This document shows, in pieces, positions 41,229 through 52,677 of a stretch of DNA of 64,000 nucleotides (position 1 is its first letter; each line of letters begins with the position of its first letter). Made by a program: the position numbers and the translations under genes. Below the pieces are notes generated by a model. The model was given only the letters and a program-made list of their open reading frames with translations. It made no database searches and was not told the DNA's origin. The DNA comes from the human T2T-CHM13v2.0 reference genome, Homo sapiens: assembly GCF_009914755.1 (NCBI RefSeq), contig NC_060925.1; one strand, 5' to 3'.

Positions 41229-44200
41229 GTCAGTAACTCCTCTTGGCTTTCTTAGCTGCTGAATCCCTGTGCCAGGCCCTGCCCAGACTTTGGAAAGCCA
41301 GAGTCTGACAGGACCAGCCACTCTCTTCTCCTGGGTGTGGAGTGGCAGGGGGGACTTCTCTTCCTGTGTCACACAAAGGGGCACATGGAAGGACAGTTAA
41401 TGCTTCCAAAACGTATACACACATGCACTTGCTCACATGCTCACAGTCATCCAGAGATGCACACAAACACACAACCGCACACTCAGGCATGATTAGAACA
41501 TAAACCAAGGAATTATTACAAGCCAAACGTGAGGTATGTCAGTATCCTTTACATTTGGAAGACAATCTGTGGCTAGGAATATGAGCAAAAAAAAAAAAGG
41601 CCTCCACCTCTCTCTCTCATTGAGCTCAGCAGAGCTCTGATCTGCTTAGCAGAGGAGAAAGAAGACAGAACTACAGTGTGTATGCATAGGCTCACTCACA
41701 CACACTCATCTTGTACAGTACTTTACTGTAGCAGAGTGTGCAAAGGATATTAACTATCAGAAAGGAAATATGATAGACAAGACTGAGCAATGGCCTGTTC
41801 CCAACACTACCATTAGTTCCATAGCCTTGAGCCAGTTCACTGTAAGACTCACTAAATCAGCTTCCTTTCCAGGGATGCTGTAAGGGTTTAAGTTAATGAG
41901 ATAACATTTATCTAATACCTCATGTATTAGACTGGCACATAGTGGGTGCTCAGTAAATTCTCATTCTAATCTGAGAAGATCACCCCAGCAGGTTCCCAGG
42001 CTGCCCTTTCTCCTCTGTGCATTCTCTAATGCTTCTAATCAAAGTCACTGAAAATAAAAAGGTTGGTTAAAATTCTGATGTAGAGGAAAACAATCAGATA
42101 AACGACATTTCAAGTTATCTATTTATTTTGATATTCCAGACTTTCTTCTTCCTGTCACAGTCGTGATAATTAAGAATGAATGTTGGCTCTCAAAGCAATT
42201 AGTTTGGGGGGCCACGCATTTATTCCAACTCTAACCTTTGCTCGCCTCAGGCCACACACATATAAGGAATGGCTACCAGTGCCAAAGCTATGATTCCTAG
42301 TGCTTCAAATCCACCTACAGAGGTTCAAATCAACCCCACTTCCTCCTCTGCAGGGGCAATGTTATTTTCTGCTTGTCTAGGACAAAAGTGATTGTTCTCA
42401 TAGACCTCCAAAGCTAGATGTACTTATTTAAGTTTGCAGCTCCCTCTGTTGAGAAATTTGGGATGAGTTTTCTAGGAGCTGGACCAGCCTGATAATTAAG
42501 GAAGACCACCCAGTCATATGTTCAAAGCATTCCTTCCTGCATCCACCAGGGTACCTGAAAAGGTCTCTTCCCACCCCTAGTCCCAACACTCTGCCTCACC
42601 AGGTGCCTAGTTAAGGCTTGGACCAGACTTCAACTTCCTCTCCCCTTTTGAATATGTAGTCTTTGTCCATACAACTTCCCATCCCCACCCTTCTCACTAG
42701 TCTTGAGTCTGGATTCAATACAGGCTAGACTTGCTTTAAGGTATTCTTTCATAGTGGGGGAAAAGGAGAGGATGCCCAGAGCTATTGGGGAGGCAGCCGG
42801 AGTAGGGAACCACAAACCAAAGATCTGTGAGTTATGCTGTCATTGTGTCTAATAAATCCTCCTCCAAAGGGCCCAGCCTGGCCTCGGTAATACAGGTGTT
42901 TCTGTTTCTGTCCACTCACCTCTGAGTCAAAGCATTAAATGCAGAGCAATGGCAGAGTAATGTAGCACAACTGCCTCCCTCCCCAGCCCCAGACGAGATG
43001 GTGAAAGAGTGGTCACTAGTGAAAGATCCTCAAGAACAAGATACCTTTCACAGGGAACAAAAGAGCATCCTCTTGATGTAGAGATTATAAACCATCACCA
43101 CCACACCCACTGCCAACCTTGGAGCAGGTGGGCTTCATTTTACTAAGGAACCTGTCTCTCATGCAAACAGGACTGCTGGTGGTGATCTTAATATCTCAGA
43201 ATCTCAGGCGCACAAAATATTCTTTAGAATATTGCTCAGAAAGTCACTTTCAGGACCAATTCCTTAGCTACGCAGGAAAAACAGCCAGATCAATAGCCTT
43301 GTTCTCCACACCCAGCTCTGGGAGACTCACAACCATTTCCAAATAGCATAGCTGTTCTTCAGCAAACAGAAATATGCCACCGCCAAAGACAGTCTACAGA
43401 TGTAATGTCCAAAGTCAATTTTTAGAACATTTGACCAATGATGGTGTTACTGGAACAAGGATATGGTCATGCAAGGGGTCCACTTCAAAGTAGCACTCAC
43501 CTGCATGTACAGGTTCTGCTGTGCTTGTTTAAAAGTGTTCCTTTTACTACCAGTTGTCACACATCCCGTAAAACAAAGTTCTGTCAAACTCATGGAACTC
43601 TTCATTGAATGGAGACTTAGAAACTGAGGCTCATTTCTCAGCCCTGACGAATGAGCGTTGGAGAATGCTTAATCACTGGGGATCTGTCTAAGTCTCCATA
43701 AATCCCCTCTTGATTTTACAGAAGGAGCCATTTCCACATATCCTACCCAGTGATTCTGATGCTTTCTAGCTGTTAGAGTAATGAGTATTTCTTGGGCACC
43801 AGGCATGAACCAAGTGTTCTAAAATCTACATGTGACTCAATTCCTATCCCAAGAGTTACCTTTAAAGTTCTGGAAGCACCTGCTGTTCCAGAGGCAGCAT
43901 GCTAGTGGAGAAAAGGCATGCAAACCTGGATTAAGATTCTGTCTCCACTACTTACTGTGACCTTATAGAAGTCGCCTCTCCCAGCTCCAGTCACCTCATC
44001 TATGAAATGGAGATAAAAGTATCAACCTTTGCAAGATGGTTGTGAAAACCATTAGACGCCAAAGAATTAGGAAGAGAGGTGTTTTTGAAATCCAACTATG
44101 TGCTGGTCACTGGTTAGGTGCTTTACTAGGAAGATTATATTTTATTTGGATTGCCTGGCCCAGTGTCTGGCATATAGTGTATGGTCAAAGTTATTAGCTT

Positions 44201-44501
44201 TTTTCCTTCTGAAAAGCAGCTTGACTGGTAAGCCTAGGCCCTCTTCATGCAAAAATGTGATCCATTCTTGCTGACCTTACTTCCTCCTAGTTTGTGATTC
44301 CCATGGAGCCATCTAGGGTATTTTTCAAAGGAAACATCCCATAAAAATCAACCATGTCCAGACCTGTGAATTAGCCCTCCTAACCAAACCAGCCTCAAAC
44401 CTCCAGCGGCCTCCTTGTCATTCTTGCTCACAGCTTTCCTGTCCCCTGTCCCACCTGCCCTCTAAGGGACACCCAGTGAATCATGCCCTTGTATCTCCTA
44501 G

Positions 44502-44567
44502 GGCCCCTTCCATCCCAGATACCACCCACAGCTCCAGGTGGAGAGCAGTGCCCACTATATGCCAACG
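44502..44567 (+). CDS. FCRL6: FCRL6 cytoplasmic exon 1 (Y356)
   Basis: tctcctag|GG CCC...GPLPSQIPPTAPGGEQCPLYAN G|gtaagg; 66 nt. Confidence 0.93.
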
Positions 44568-44802
44568 GTAAGGACTTCCAGCAGGATGGTGGTGTGCCCA
44601 TGTGGGCCAAAAAGAGCTTCTTAAGGGAAGTAAGAAGGGAGCTCTCCAGAGCCCTGTATCTCAGGAATTGGAGTGATCTGGGGAAGGAAAACAAACAGCT
44701 TCTAGAAAGGGCATGAAGAGGGAGTGCTGTGGAGCTGGTGGTGGGAGAAGGGGGTGGGAAGGGAGCCAGGGCTGCAGGAGATGGGGCAGGGAAGGTTTGG
44801 AC

Positions 44803-45012
44803 CAAGGGTTGGCAAACTTGTGGCCCATGGGCCAAACCCAGCACACTGCCTGTTTTTGTAGATAAAGTTTTACTGTAACACACACATGCTCATTGGTTTA
44901 TTTTGTTTGAGAGCTTTCATATTACAGAGTTAACATTTGTGACAGAGATTATACAGCTCACAAAGCCAAAAATATGTACACCTTTTTTACAGAAAAATTT
45001 TGTCAACCTCTG
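44803..45012. mobile_element. MER58A-like hAT MITE
   Basis: caagggttggcaaac...gtttttgtagataaagttttactg...aaaattttgtcaacctctg with terminal inverted repeats. Confidence 0.8.
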
Positions 45013-45233
45013 GTTTAAACAGTGTCAGGGCTAGGGAAGCTGCAAAAAAAAAATGCTAAGGGGGCCTGACTCCTCTTGCCATGATGGCTATCCCCACATT
45101 AGTGACCAACCCTCATTGCCACTTATCACCATAACAGAGCCCCTGATGGGCTTCTCTCCATGTCTTCAGGACACTTATGACATGAGGTGGGAGAGTCAGG
45201 AGGATCCTATTTAAGCCTCATTCCTTCTTCCAG

Positions 45234-45305
45234 TGCATCACCAGAAAGGGAAAGATGAAGGTGTTGTCTACTCTGTGGTGCATAGAACCTCAAAGAGGAG
45301 TGAAG
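45234..45305 (+). CDS. FCRL6: FCRL6 cytoplasmic exon 2 with ITIM VVYSVV (Y371)
   Basis: ttccag|TG CAT...VHHQKGKDEGVVYSVVHRTSKRSE G|gtgagt; ITIM at 45263-45280. Confidence 0.93.
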
Positions 45306-45369
45306 GTGAGTGATCTCAGGCCAAACTTGGTACCTTTGCAAACAGAAGTTTTGGACCTACAATAAGAGT

Positions 45370-45615
45370 ATCACTACCACTGCCATTACCACTTTTATCA
45401 TTACTGTGACCACCATCACTATCACCAAGACCATCATATTTATCTCCATTATTGTCACCACCATCTCCTCCTTCACTACCACCTTCACCTTCACACCATC
45501 ATCAATGCTACCATGACCACCACCACCTATCTCCTCCACTACCACGCTCACCACAAACACCACTATGACCACTATATTCACCATTCTCAACATCATCTCC
45601 TCCACACTGTTACCA
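45370..45615 (+). repeat. Degenerate (CAC/CAT)n low-complexity tract
   Basis: Read directly from the sequence. Confidence 0.85.
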
Positions 45616-46440
45616 TGATAAGTGCAGGGAGTTTTTTGCCCTTTCCTGAACAATGTGAAGGACAAAGAAAAGAGAGAAAAAATGATGTAGTCTTCCTTTG
45701 CTCCAGAGTCTAAGTCTAAACAGGACAGTCTCCACTATAAGATGGAGTCAAGAAGACCATGAGCTCCAGCCACAGCTATCAGAGTCAGTTGGCAGAGATG
45801 GGGGAAAGGCTGGTCCTTTAACAGAGAAATAGGCCATGTGGCATCATGAGAAGAATGTGGGTTTCTGAGTCTCAGAACTGAGTTTGAAACCTGACTCTAT
45901 GTACTTATTCACTGTTGACTTGGCAAGTCAAGTGTCCTCTCTGGGCCTAATCTGCAAAGGGGAGACAATGCCTGCTTTGCAGGACTACTGTAAGTTGTTA
46001 GGAATAGAACCTAGGTTCTAGAAACAAACCTTAAAAATTGTCTACATGTAATAGATGTTCAAAACAGGGAGTTTTGTTGTTGCTGTCGTTTTAATGTCTT
46101 ATCTGCCCTGCTAATTCAATTCCTAATCTGCAAAAATGGGTTTGAATTGGCGTAGGGTTTCTGCTCCTTCCCATAAATGGCAGTAGGGGAAATGAACAGT
46201 CAAGGAGTCTCTTAATTGAAGGGCAGTTCCCCCAGGACCTGAGGTCACACAGCTGGTGTGTAGTCCAGCTGGAACTAGAACCCAGGTCTCCCAATTCCAG
46301 GTTGAGGAGGAGTGAAAGGAATCTCCCCTGGCTGGCTTCCCTGGCTTTCTAGAGGAAGATAGCCAGCCAGGAGGGGTGGGAAGGAGATGTACTTGCTGTG
46401 GAGCACAGAGACCTGACCTGAGCTCATTCTTTCCCCACAG

Positions 46441-46472
46441 CCAGGTCTGCTGAGTTCACCGTGGGGAGAAAG
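46441..46472 (+). CDS. FCRL6: FCRL6 cytoplasmic exon 3 (ARSAEFTVGRK)
   Basis: ccccacag|CC AGG...AAG|gtgagc; 32 nt, phase 1-0. Confidence 0.88.
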
Positions 46473-46548
46473 GTGAGCTGGGATCCCTGCTCCTTTCTCA
46501 CCCTCTGTCTTACATTTGCTTCCTCATCCTGAGCCAACTCTTCCACAG

Positions 46549-46638
46549 GACAGTTCTATCATCTGTGCGGAGGTGAGATGCCTGCAGCCCAGTGAGGTTT
46601 CATCCACGGAGGTGAATATGAGAAGCAGGACTCTCTAA
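46549..46638 (+). CDS. FCRL6: FCRL6 last coding exon, ending at in-frame TAA (codon 423); usual stop TAG at 46672-46674
   Basis: ttccacag|GAC: DSSIICAEVRCLQPSEVSSTEVNMRSRTL*(TAA 46636-46638) then EPLGDCEEVLC*. Summed exon lengths place TAA at codon 423 and TAG at codon 435 (434-aa form). Confidence 0.9.
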   Translation, partial: DSSIICAEVRCLQPSEVSSTEVNMRSRTL

Positions 46639-47241
46639 GAACCCCTTGGCGACTGTGAGGAGGTTCTCTGCTAGTGATGGTGTTCTCCTATCAACACACA
46701 CCCACCCCCAGTCTCCAGTGCTCCTCAGGAAGACAGTGGGCTCCTCAACTCTTTCTGTGGGTCCTTCAGTTCCCAAGCCCAGCATCACAGAGCCCCCTGA
46801 GCCCTTGTCCTGGTCAGGAGCACCTGAACCCTGGGTTCTTTTCTTAGCAGAAGACCAACCAATGGAATGGGAAGGGAGATGCTCCCACCAACACACACAC
46901 TTAGGTTCAATCAGTGACACTGGACACATAAGCCACAGATGTCTTCTTTCCATACAAGCATGTTAGTTCGCCCCAATATACATATATATATGAAATAGTC
47001 ATGTGCCGCATAACAACATTTCAGTCAGTGATAGACTGCATACACAACAGTGGTCCCATAAGACTGTAATGGAGTTTAAAAATTCCTACTGCCTAGTGAT
47101 ATCATAGTTGCCTTAACATCATAACACAACACATTTCTCACGCATTTGTGGTGATGCTGGTACAAACAAGCTACAGCGCCGCTAGTCATATACAAATATA
47201 GCACATACAATTATGTACAGTACACTATACTTGATAATGAT

Positions 47242-47247
47242 AATAAA
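47242..47247 (+). terminator. FCRL6: FCRL6 polyadenylation signal (inside DNA transposon)
   Basis: First AATAAA I find downstream of the stop; followed by GT/T-rich sequence. Confidence 0.7.
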
Positions 47248-47282
47248 CAACTATGTTACTGGTTTATGTATTTACTATAACT

Positions 47283-47575
47283 TTTTCTTTTTGAGACGGA
47301 GTTTTGCTCTGTCGCCCAGTCTGGAGTGTAATGGCACAATCTCGGCTCACTGTAACCTCTGCCTCCCGAGTTCAAGCGATTCTCTTGCTTCAGTGTCCTG
47401 AGTAGCTGGGACTACAGGCATGCACCACCACGCCCGGCTAATTTTTGTATTTGTTAGTAGAGATGGGGTTTCACCATGTTGGCCAGACTGGTCTCGAACT
47501 CCTGACCTCAAGTGATCCACCCGCCTCGGTCTCCCAAAGTGCTGGGATTACAGGTGTGAGCCACCGCACCCAGCC
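47283..47575 (-). mobile_element. Alu
   Basis: TSD tgtatttact(a/g)taact at 47267 and 47577. Confidence 0.95.
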
Positions 47576-48019
47576 CTGTATTTACTGTAACTTTTTATTG
47601 TTATTTTGGAATATATTCCTTCTACTTATTTTTTTTAAGTTAACTATAAAACAGCCTCAAGCAGGTCCTTCAGGAAGTATCCAGAAGGAGCCCTTGTTAT
47701 GATAGGAGATGACAGCTCCATGTGTGTTATTGCCTCTGAAGACTTTCCAGTGGGACAAGATGAGGTGGTGGAAGACAGTGATATTGATGATCCTGACCCT
47801 GTGTAGACCTAGGCTAATGTGTGTGTTTATTTATGTCTTAGTTTTTAACAAAAAAGTTTAAAAAGTAAAAAAAAAATAATAATTTTAAAAATAGAAAAAA
47901 GCTTATATAAAAATATTTTGTATAGTTATACAATGTGTTTGTTTCAAATTAAGGTTTATTACAGAAGTCAAAAAGTTTTAAAAACCTAAAAAGTTTATAA
48001 AGTAAAAATGTTACACTGA

Positions 48020-48352
<333 letters not shown>

Positions 48353-49024
48353 TGAAGAAAATACTTTCATGAATTTAGTGTAGTCTAAGCAGTGTTGATA
48401 AAGCCTGCAGTAGTGTACAATAATGTCCTAGGCCTTCACATTCACTCACCACTCACTCACTGACTCACCCAGAGCAACCCCAGCCCTGCAAGCTCCATTC
48501 ATAGTAAATGTCCTATACAGGTATATTTTTTTCATCTTTATATTGTTTTTTACTGCATTTTACCTTTTCTGCGTTTAGATATGTTAACCACAAAAATACC
48601 ATTGTGTCATAGCTGCCTACTATATTAAGGTTTGTAGCCTAGGAGCGATAGGCTATACCAAAAAAAGAAAATGAAAAAAAAAGAAAAGAAATGAAAAGAA
48701 TAGGCTGTACCATGTAACCTAGGTGTGTAATAGGCTATACCATCTGGCTTCGTGTAAGTACACACTATGATGTTTGTACAGTGATGAAATTTCCTGACAA
48801 CGCATTTCTCAGAATGTGTCCCTGTCATTAAGTGACTCATGCGTGACTTTGTATGTGTGTATGTGCCCGTGCGCTTCTATTATGGTCCTCAGTCCCTTTG
48901 AATATGCTTACCTTGACCCTGAAAAGAAAGAGCATCTGCTGCCCTTTCAGAGCACTTGGCAAGTCAGAAATGCTTCCAGATGTATTTGCATGCACTTATT
49001 TTAAAAAGAAAAAAAAAAAAAAAA

Positions 49025-49345
49025 GGCTGGGTGCGGTGGCTCACGCCCTGTAATCCCAGCACTTTGGGAGGCCTAGGAGGGCGGATCACAAGGTCAGGAG
49101 ATCGAGACCATCCTGGCTAACACTGTGAAACCCTGTCTCTACTAAAAATACAAAAATTAGCCGGGCTTGGTGACGGGCACCTGTAGTCCCAGCTACTCAG
49201 AGGCTGAGGCAGGAGAATGGCGTGAACCCGGGAGGCGGAGCTTTCAGTGAGCCGAGATCACACCACTGCACTCCAGCCTGGGCGACAGAGGGAGACTCCG
49301 TCTCAAAAAAAAAAAAAATAAAAAGAGAAAGAAAGAAAAAAAGAA
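49025..49345 (+). mobile_element. AluY-like
   Basis: gatcgagaccatcctggctaacac and agaatggcgtgaacccgggaggcggagctt diagnostics. Confidence 0.93.
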
Positions 49346-49468
49346 AGCCAAGTATATTTTCTCACATTGTAATTTTGCCTTACTGTCTGTTATTTCTCAT
49401 TGCTGGCCCCTTTCTCAGTCCAAATGCCAGTTGGTGGAGAGGGAAAAGAAATGAATGAAAGCATCACT

Positions 49469-49959
49469 GTTGTCAAGTGGTTATGCCAGCAGGAACCAGG
49501 TTTACCCCGAAACATTGTTCTCTCAGAGGAATAGGAAAACATTTTGAATCTCTTTCTATTTTGTTCTTAAAGGTTGGTTCTTGGGATATTGATGACTACT
49601 GTCTGAGAGGTGCTGTGGGGAGATTTTCAGGATTGTGTGGTCTTTGAGGGGGGTGTTTTTTTAAGACAACATTGACCACTGTCCACTGTCCACATGATCA
49701 TTGTAAAATTGCAATGCCGCATGCTAGTTGGTTACATAAGACATAATTCCAGTGATTGAAGGTGGTTACACTGTATGGTGGTGTGTTCAAGATGGCACTG
49801 GCATCTTTGAGCAGAGCCTGGCTATGCAGCATCATTTGAGTTTTTTAAACACCCTAGAGGTCTGGTTGTTGTTGCTGTTGTCCTTTCCTGTGAAAGTCAC
49901 AAGAGAAGTTACAGTCCAGGTGAACCTGGAGTTTATAGGTTGGTTTTGTTTCTGTTATA

Positions 49960-49990
<31 letters not shown>

Positions 49991-50299
49991 AACATTTACC
50001 TGTAGTGCTGTAGCTGTTGATACTATCACCTGCATGCTATTTCTAGTGAGTGCTAAATACAGTATGGTCCAATGACAATAACAGCCCATGGTACTGCCAG
50101 GACTGTTCGTGAGCTTATCAGTGAAAGCCCCCATGTGGGTGGAAGAAACCTGTCATTTCCTTCTTACATGTGTTTGAAATACTAAATGAATAATTTGTTC
50201 TTCTTAGGAAAAAATGATACGATAGTAAAAATTTTTTTTAATTAAGGGTTTTATATAATGGATATGCCCCACCTCTCAAACTAAAAAAAGAAAAGAAAG
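49469..50299 (+). pseudogene. Probable retrotransposed mRNA fragment (3'UTR-only processed copy), parent gene not identified
   Basis: 3'UTR-like AU/GU-rich sequence that I do not recognise as a repeat, ending in an A-rich tail (50283-50299); direct repeat AGCATCACT at 49460-49468 and 50300-50308. Confidence 0.6.
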
Positions 50300-50984
50300 A
50301 GCATCACTCCACACCCCAGAGGGCTAAGCCCAGGGCAGCTCTGAATGCATTTCCAGCTTCCAAGCTTCTGGTGAGCCCATGAGTGACCACAGGGCTGAGG
50401 AGCCTCTCAGAGGTTCAGCAAGACCAAGGTCAGCCAGAAAAGCGCCTGGCCCAGACAATGTCATAGAATCCTTGACACCAGAGCCAGAGCCCCACAGGCA
50501 CTGAGAGCTCTGCCTTTCCACACAGCCCCATTCCTGTTCAAATTTCTTCCAGTTTACCAAAGACAGAACTGAGGCTTGCCCAAAGCCCTTGTTTGTGGAG
50601 TACATCAGAAAACTCGGTTACCTCTTACTTGTTTAAACAGATATATGATTGTAGCATCTAGTTTTTTGTTAATAGAGGTCTATCAATTGGTTTCATATTG
50701 TTCATCAATATCAACGATTTGCAGTACCTGATAGTTTGATTTGGTTTGTTCAAAGAGTCCATACTCCTTGATGACTAAGGGTGGTCAATAAAGGATTGGT
50801 TATACTTGTTCCTATGAGGCCCTGGCTCCAGCTTCATAGGTCCCTGCTCTGGAAGCGGAGAACGTAAGGTTCAGCTTACAGATGCTGGAGTGCATCAGAC
50901 CCCACCCACCTGGCTGACGAAGGAGACATTAGTGTTACCAGGGATCTCCTGGCACCATGGAGCTGAAGGCATCTAGCATCTCCC

Positions 50985-51137
50985 CTGGACCAGCTGTGTT
51001 GACATCCCCTTGGAGCTTGTTAGAAACACAGATGCTCAAACTCAACTCCAGACCTGCTGAATCAGAACCTGCATCTCAATAACATCTGCAGGCAATGTGT
51101 ATACCCATTAAAGTTTAAAGTTTAAAAAGCACTGGTC
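50985..51137. mobile_element. MER5-like MITE
   Basis: ggagcttgttagaaacacagatgctc...ccagacctgctgaatcagaacctgcat...aagcactgg. Confidence 0.7.
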
Positions 51138-51551
51138 TACCTACAAGATACAAACTTCATCGGAGTACATCCAACCCCTCCCCATCCTCATCTTTCTCTT
51201 CCTCATCCTCCTCTTCATCTCTCTCATAGATGTCCAGTCCATGTCCAGAATACCCCAGGGCCCCTCCCATTTGTCAATAATCAGAGACCCCCCTGGGAGG
51301 ACTGAGAAGCACAAGCCAGGTAATCTGGAAGCTCAACGTTCTCACTGGTCACTCAGGGTGTACCAGCAGAACCCAAGGCCTTGCCACTCCCTCTATAAAA
51401 TAATGCCCCCTTGTAAAAAGTGAAAACATAGACAAGACAGCTCATGAAGGAAAACTGATGATGGAGACTTGGGAGGAACCAGCCCTTCCAGATGTCCCCA
51501 TAGTCCACCTCCTTCATGAGTTTTCCTATCTTTCCCCCTCCCTGCCCCACA

Positions 51552-51850
51552 CCAGTGATACTCAATGCGTGGTCCACAGCTTCGTGCCAGCCTGTGAATT
51601 GATTTTTACTAGTCCGTGACAAGTTAAGTAGAAAAATTGAAGCAAGAATTTAGAAACTTTTAGAGCAATCTGACAAAGTAATTTTATGTTTGTTTAATAC
51701 AATCATAAAAATCAAGGCTTGTATTTTATATGTCTTCTTAATTTCATTTTTCTAGTAGTTTTATTCTATTGTCTCTACAAAAGTATAGGCCTGCAATGAA
51801 TTGGAAATTAAAAAGAAAAACAGGTCCTTCAAGACAGATAGGTGAGAAGT
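51552..51850. mobile_element. hAT-Charlie-type DNA transposon fragment
   Basis: cagtgatactcaatgcgtggtcc...gtgagaag ends; AT-rich interior. Confidence 0.45.
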
Positions 51851-51858
51851 CGTATCCT

Positions 51859-51865
51859 ACACACA

Positions 51866-51900
<35 letters not shown>
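51859..51900. repeat. (CA)n microsatellite
   Basis: Read directly from the sequence. Confidence 0.95.
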
Positions 51901-51902
<2 letters not shown>

Positions 51903-52658
51903 TTGGCCTGGCCTCTCAGGCACTTTTCTCTCTGCCTAGAACACCTCTTCTCTCCACCCAGCTCTATTTGCACGGCTGAAAACATCCTTTTCCCTTTGTT
52001 TAGAAAAGAATGAGCCGGGATTTTTCCGAATGACCAATTACTAAGAAAATTGAAGAAAAATAAAATCTCAAAAAATAACATAAAGTAGAGATTTCAAAGG
52101 AGGCCCTGCCCTTTAGCCCAGATTCACTGGTTTCCCTGATGTCAGCCCATGGAGTCCCAAAGCCCCATTTCCAGTCCTCAGTTGTCACAGCAGGAACCTG
52201 CTTCTGCTCTGCAGGACACTGGTGGGCTGCGGCCATCTCCAAGAAAGAATGGGGACTTCCACCGTTCTCCAGAGACAGACCCTGCAGACACTGAGGAGAG
52301 GTTCCTGGGGAGACCAGAGAGCTGCTTCCCTACTTCCCCTTTTCCATGGCCCTCTTGGCCTGCCACAGGCACTGGCCACACTAGCCACGGGACTCCCCGC
52401 CAGTAGCCTCCTCAGTCTCAAGGCTCTGCCCTGTGAAACATTGCTTCTCGCTTCAAGTCAAAGCTAAATGCAAACACTTATTCAGCCACAGTGACTTGTC
52501 TGTGCCTCCTCTTAAGGACCTGGGTTCTATGGGGTCACATTACCTACAGGGTAAAGAGAGAGAAAAGAACTCTAGCTGGGGAGAGTGGAGAGGCAACCTG
52601 GAGCTGCTCCTTAAGGGAGAGAGCAGGAAAGAAGCCTCCATCTGGGAGGGAGCCTTGT

Positions 52659-52677
52659 GGCTGCCCTCTGGTGGCGC
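52659..52677 (-). promoter_or_regulatory. CTCF motif (reverse)
   Basis: Reverse complement GCGCCACCAGAGGGCAGCC; strong core CCACCAGAGGGCAG. Confidence 0.7.

Noticed and set aside
45310-45713. Thr/Ile-, Val- and His-rich ORFs
   Set aside because: Translations of the intronic (CAC/CAT)n tract.
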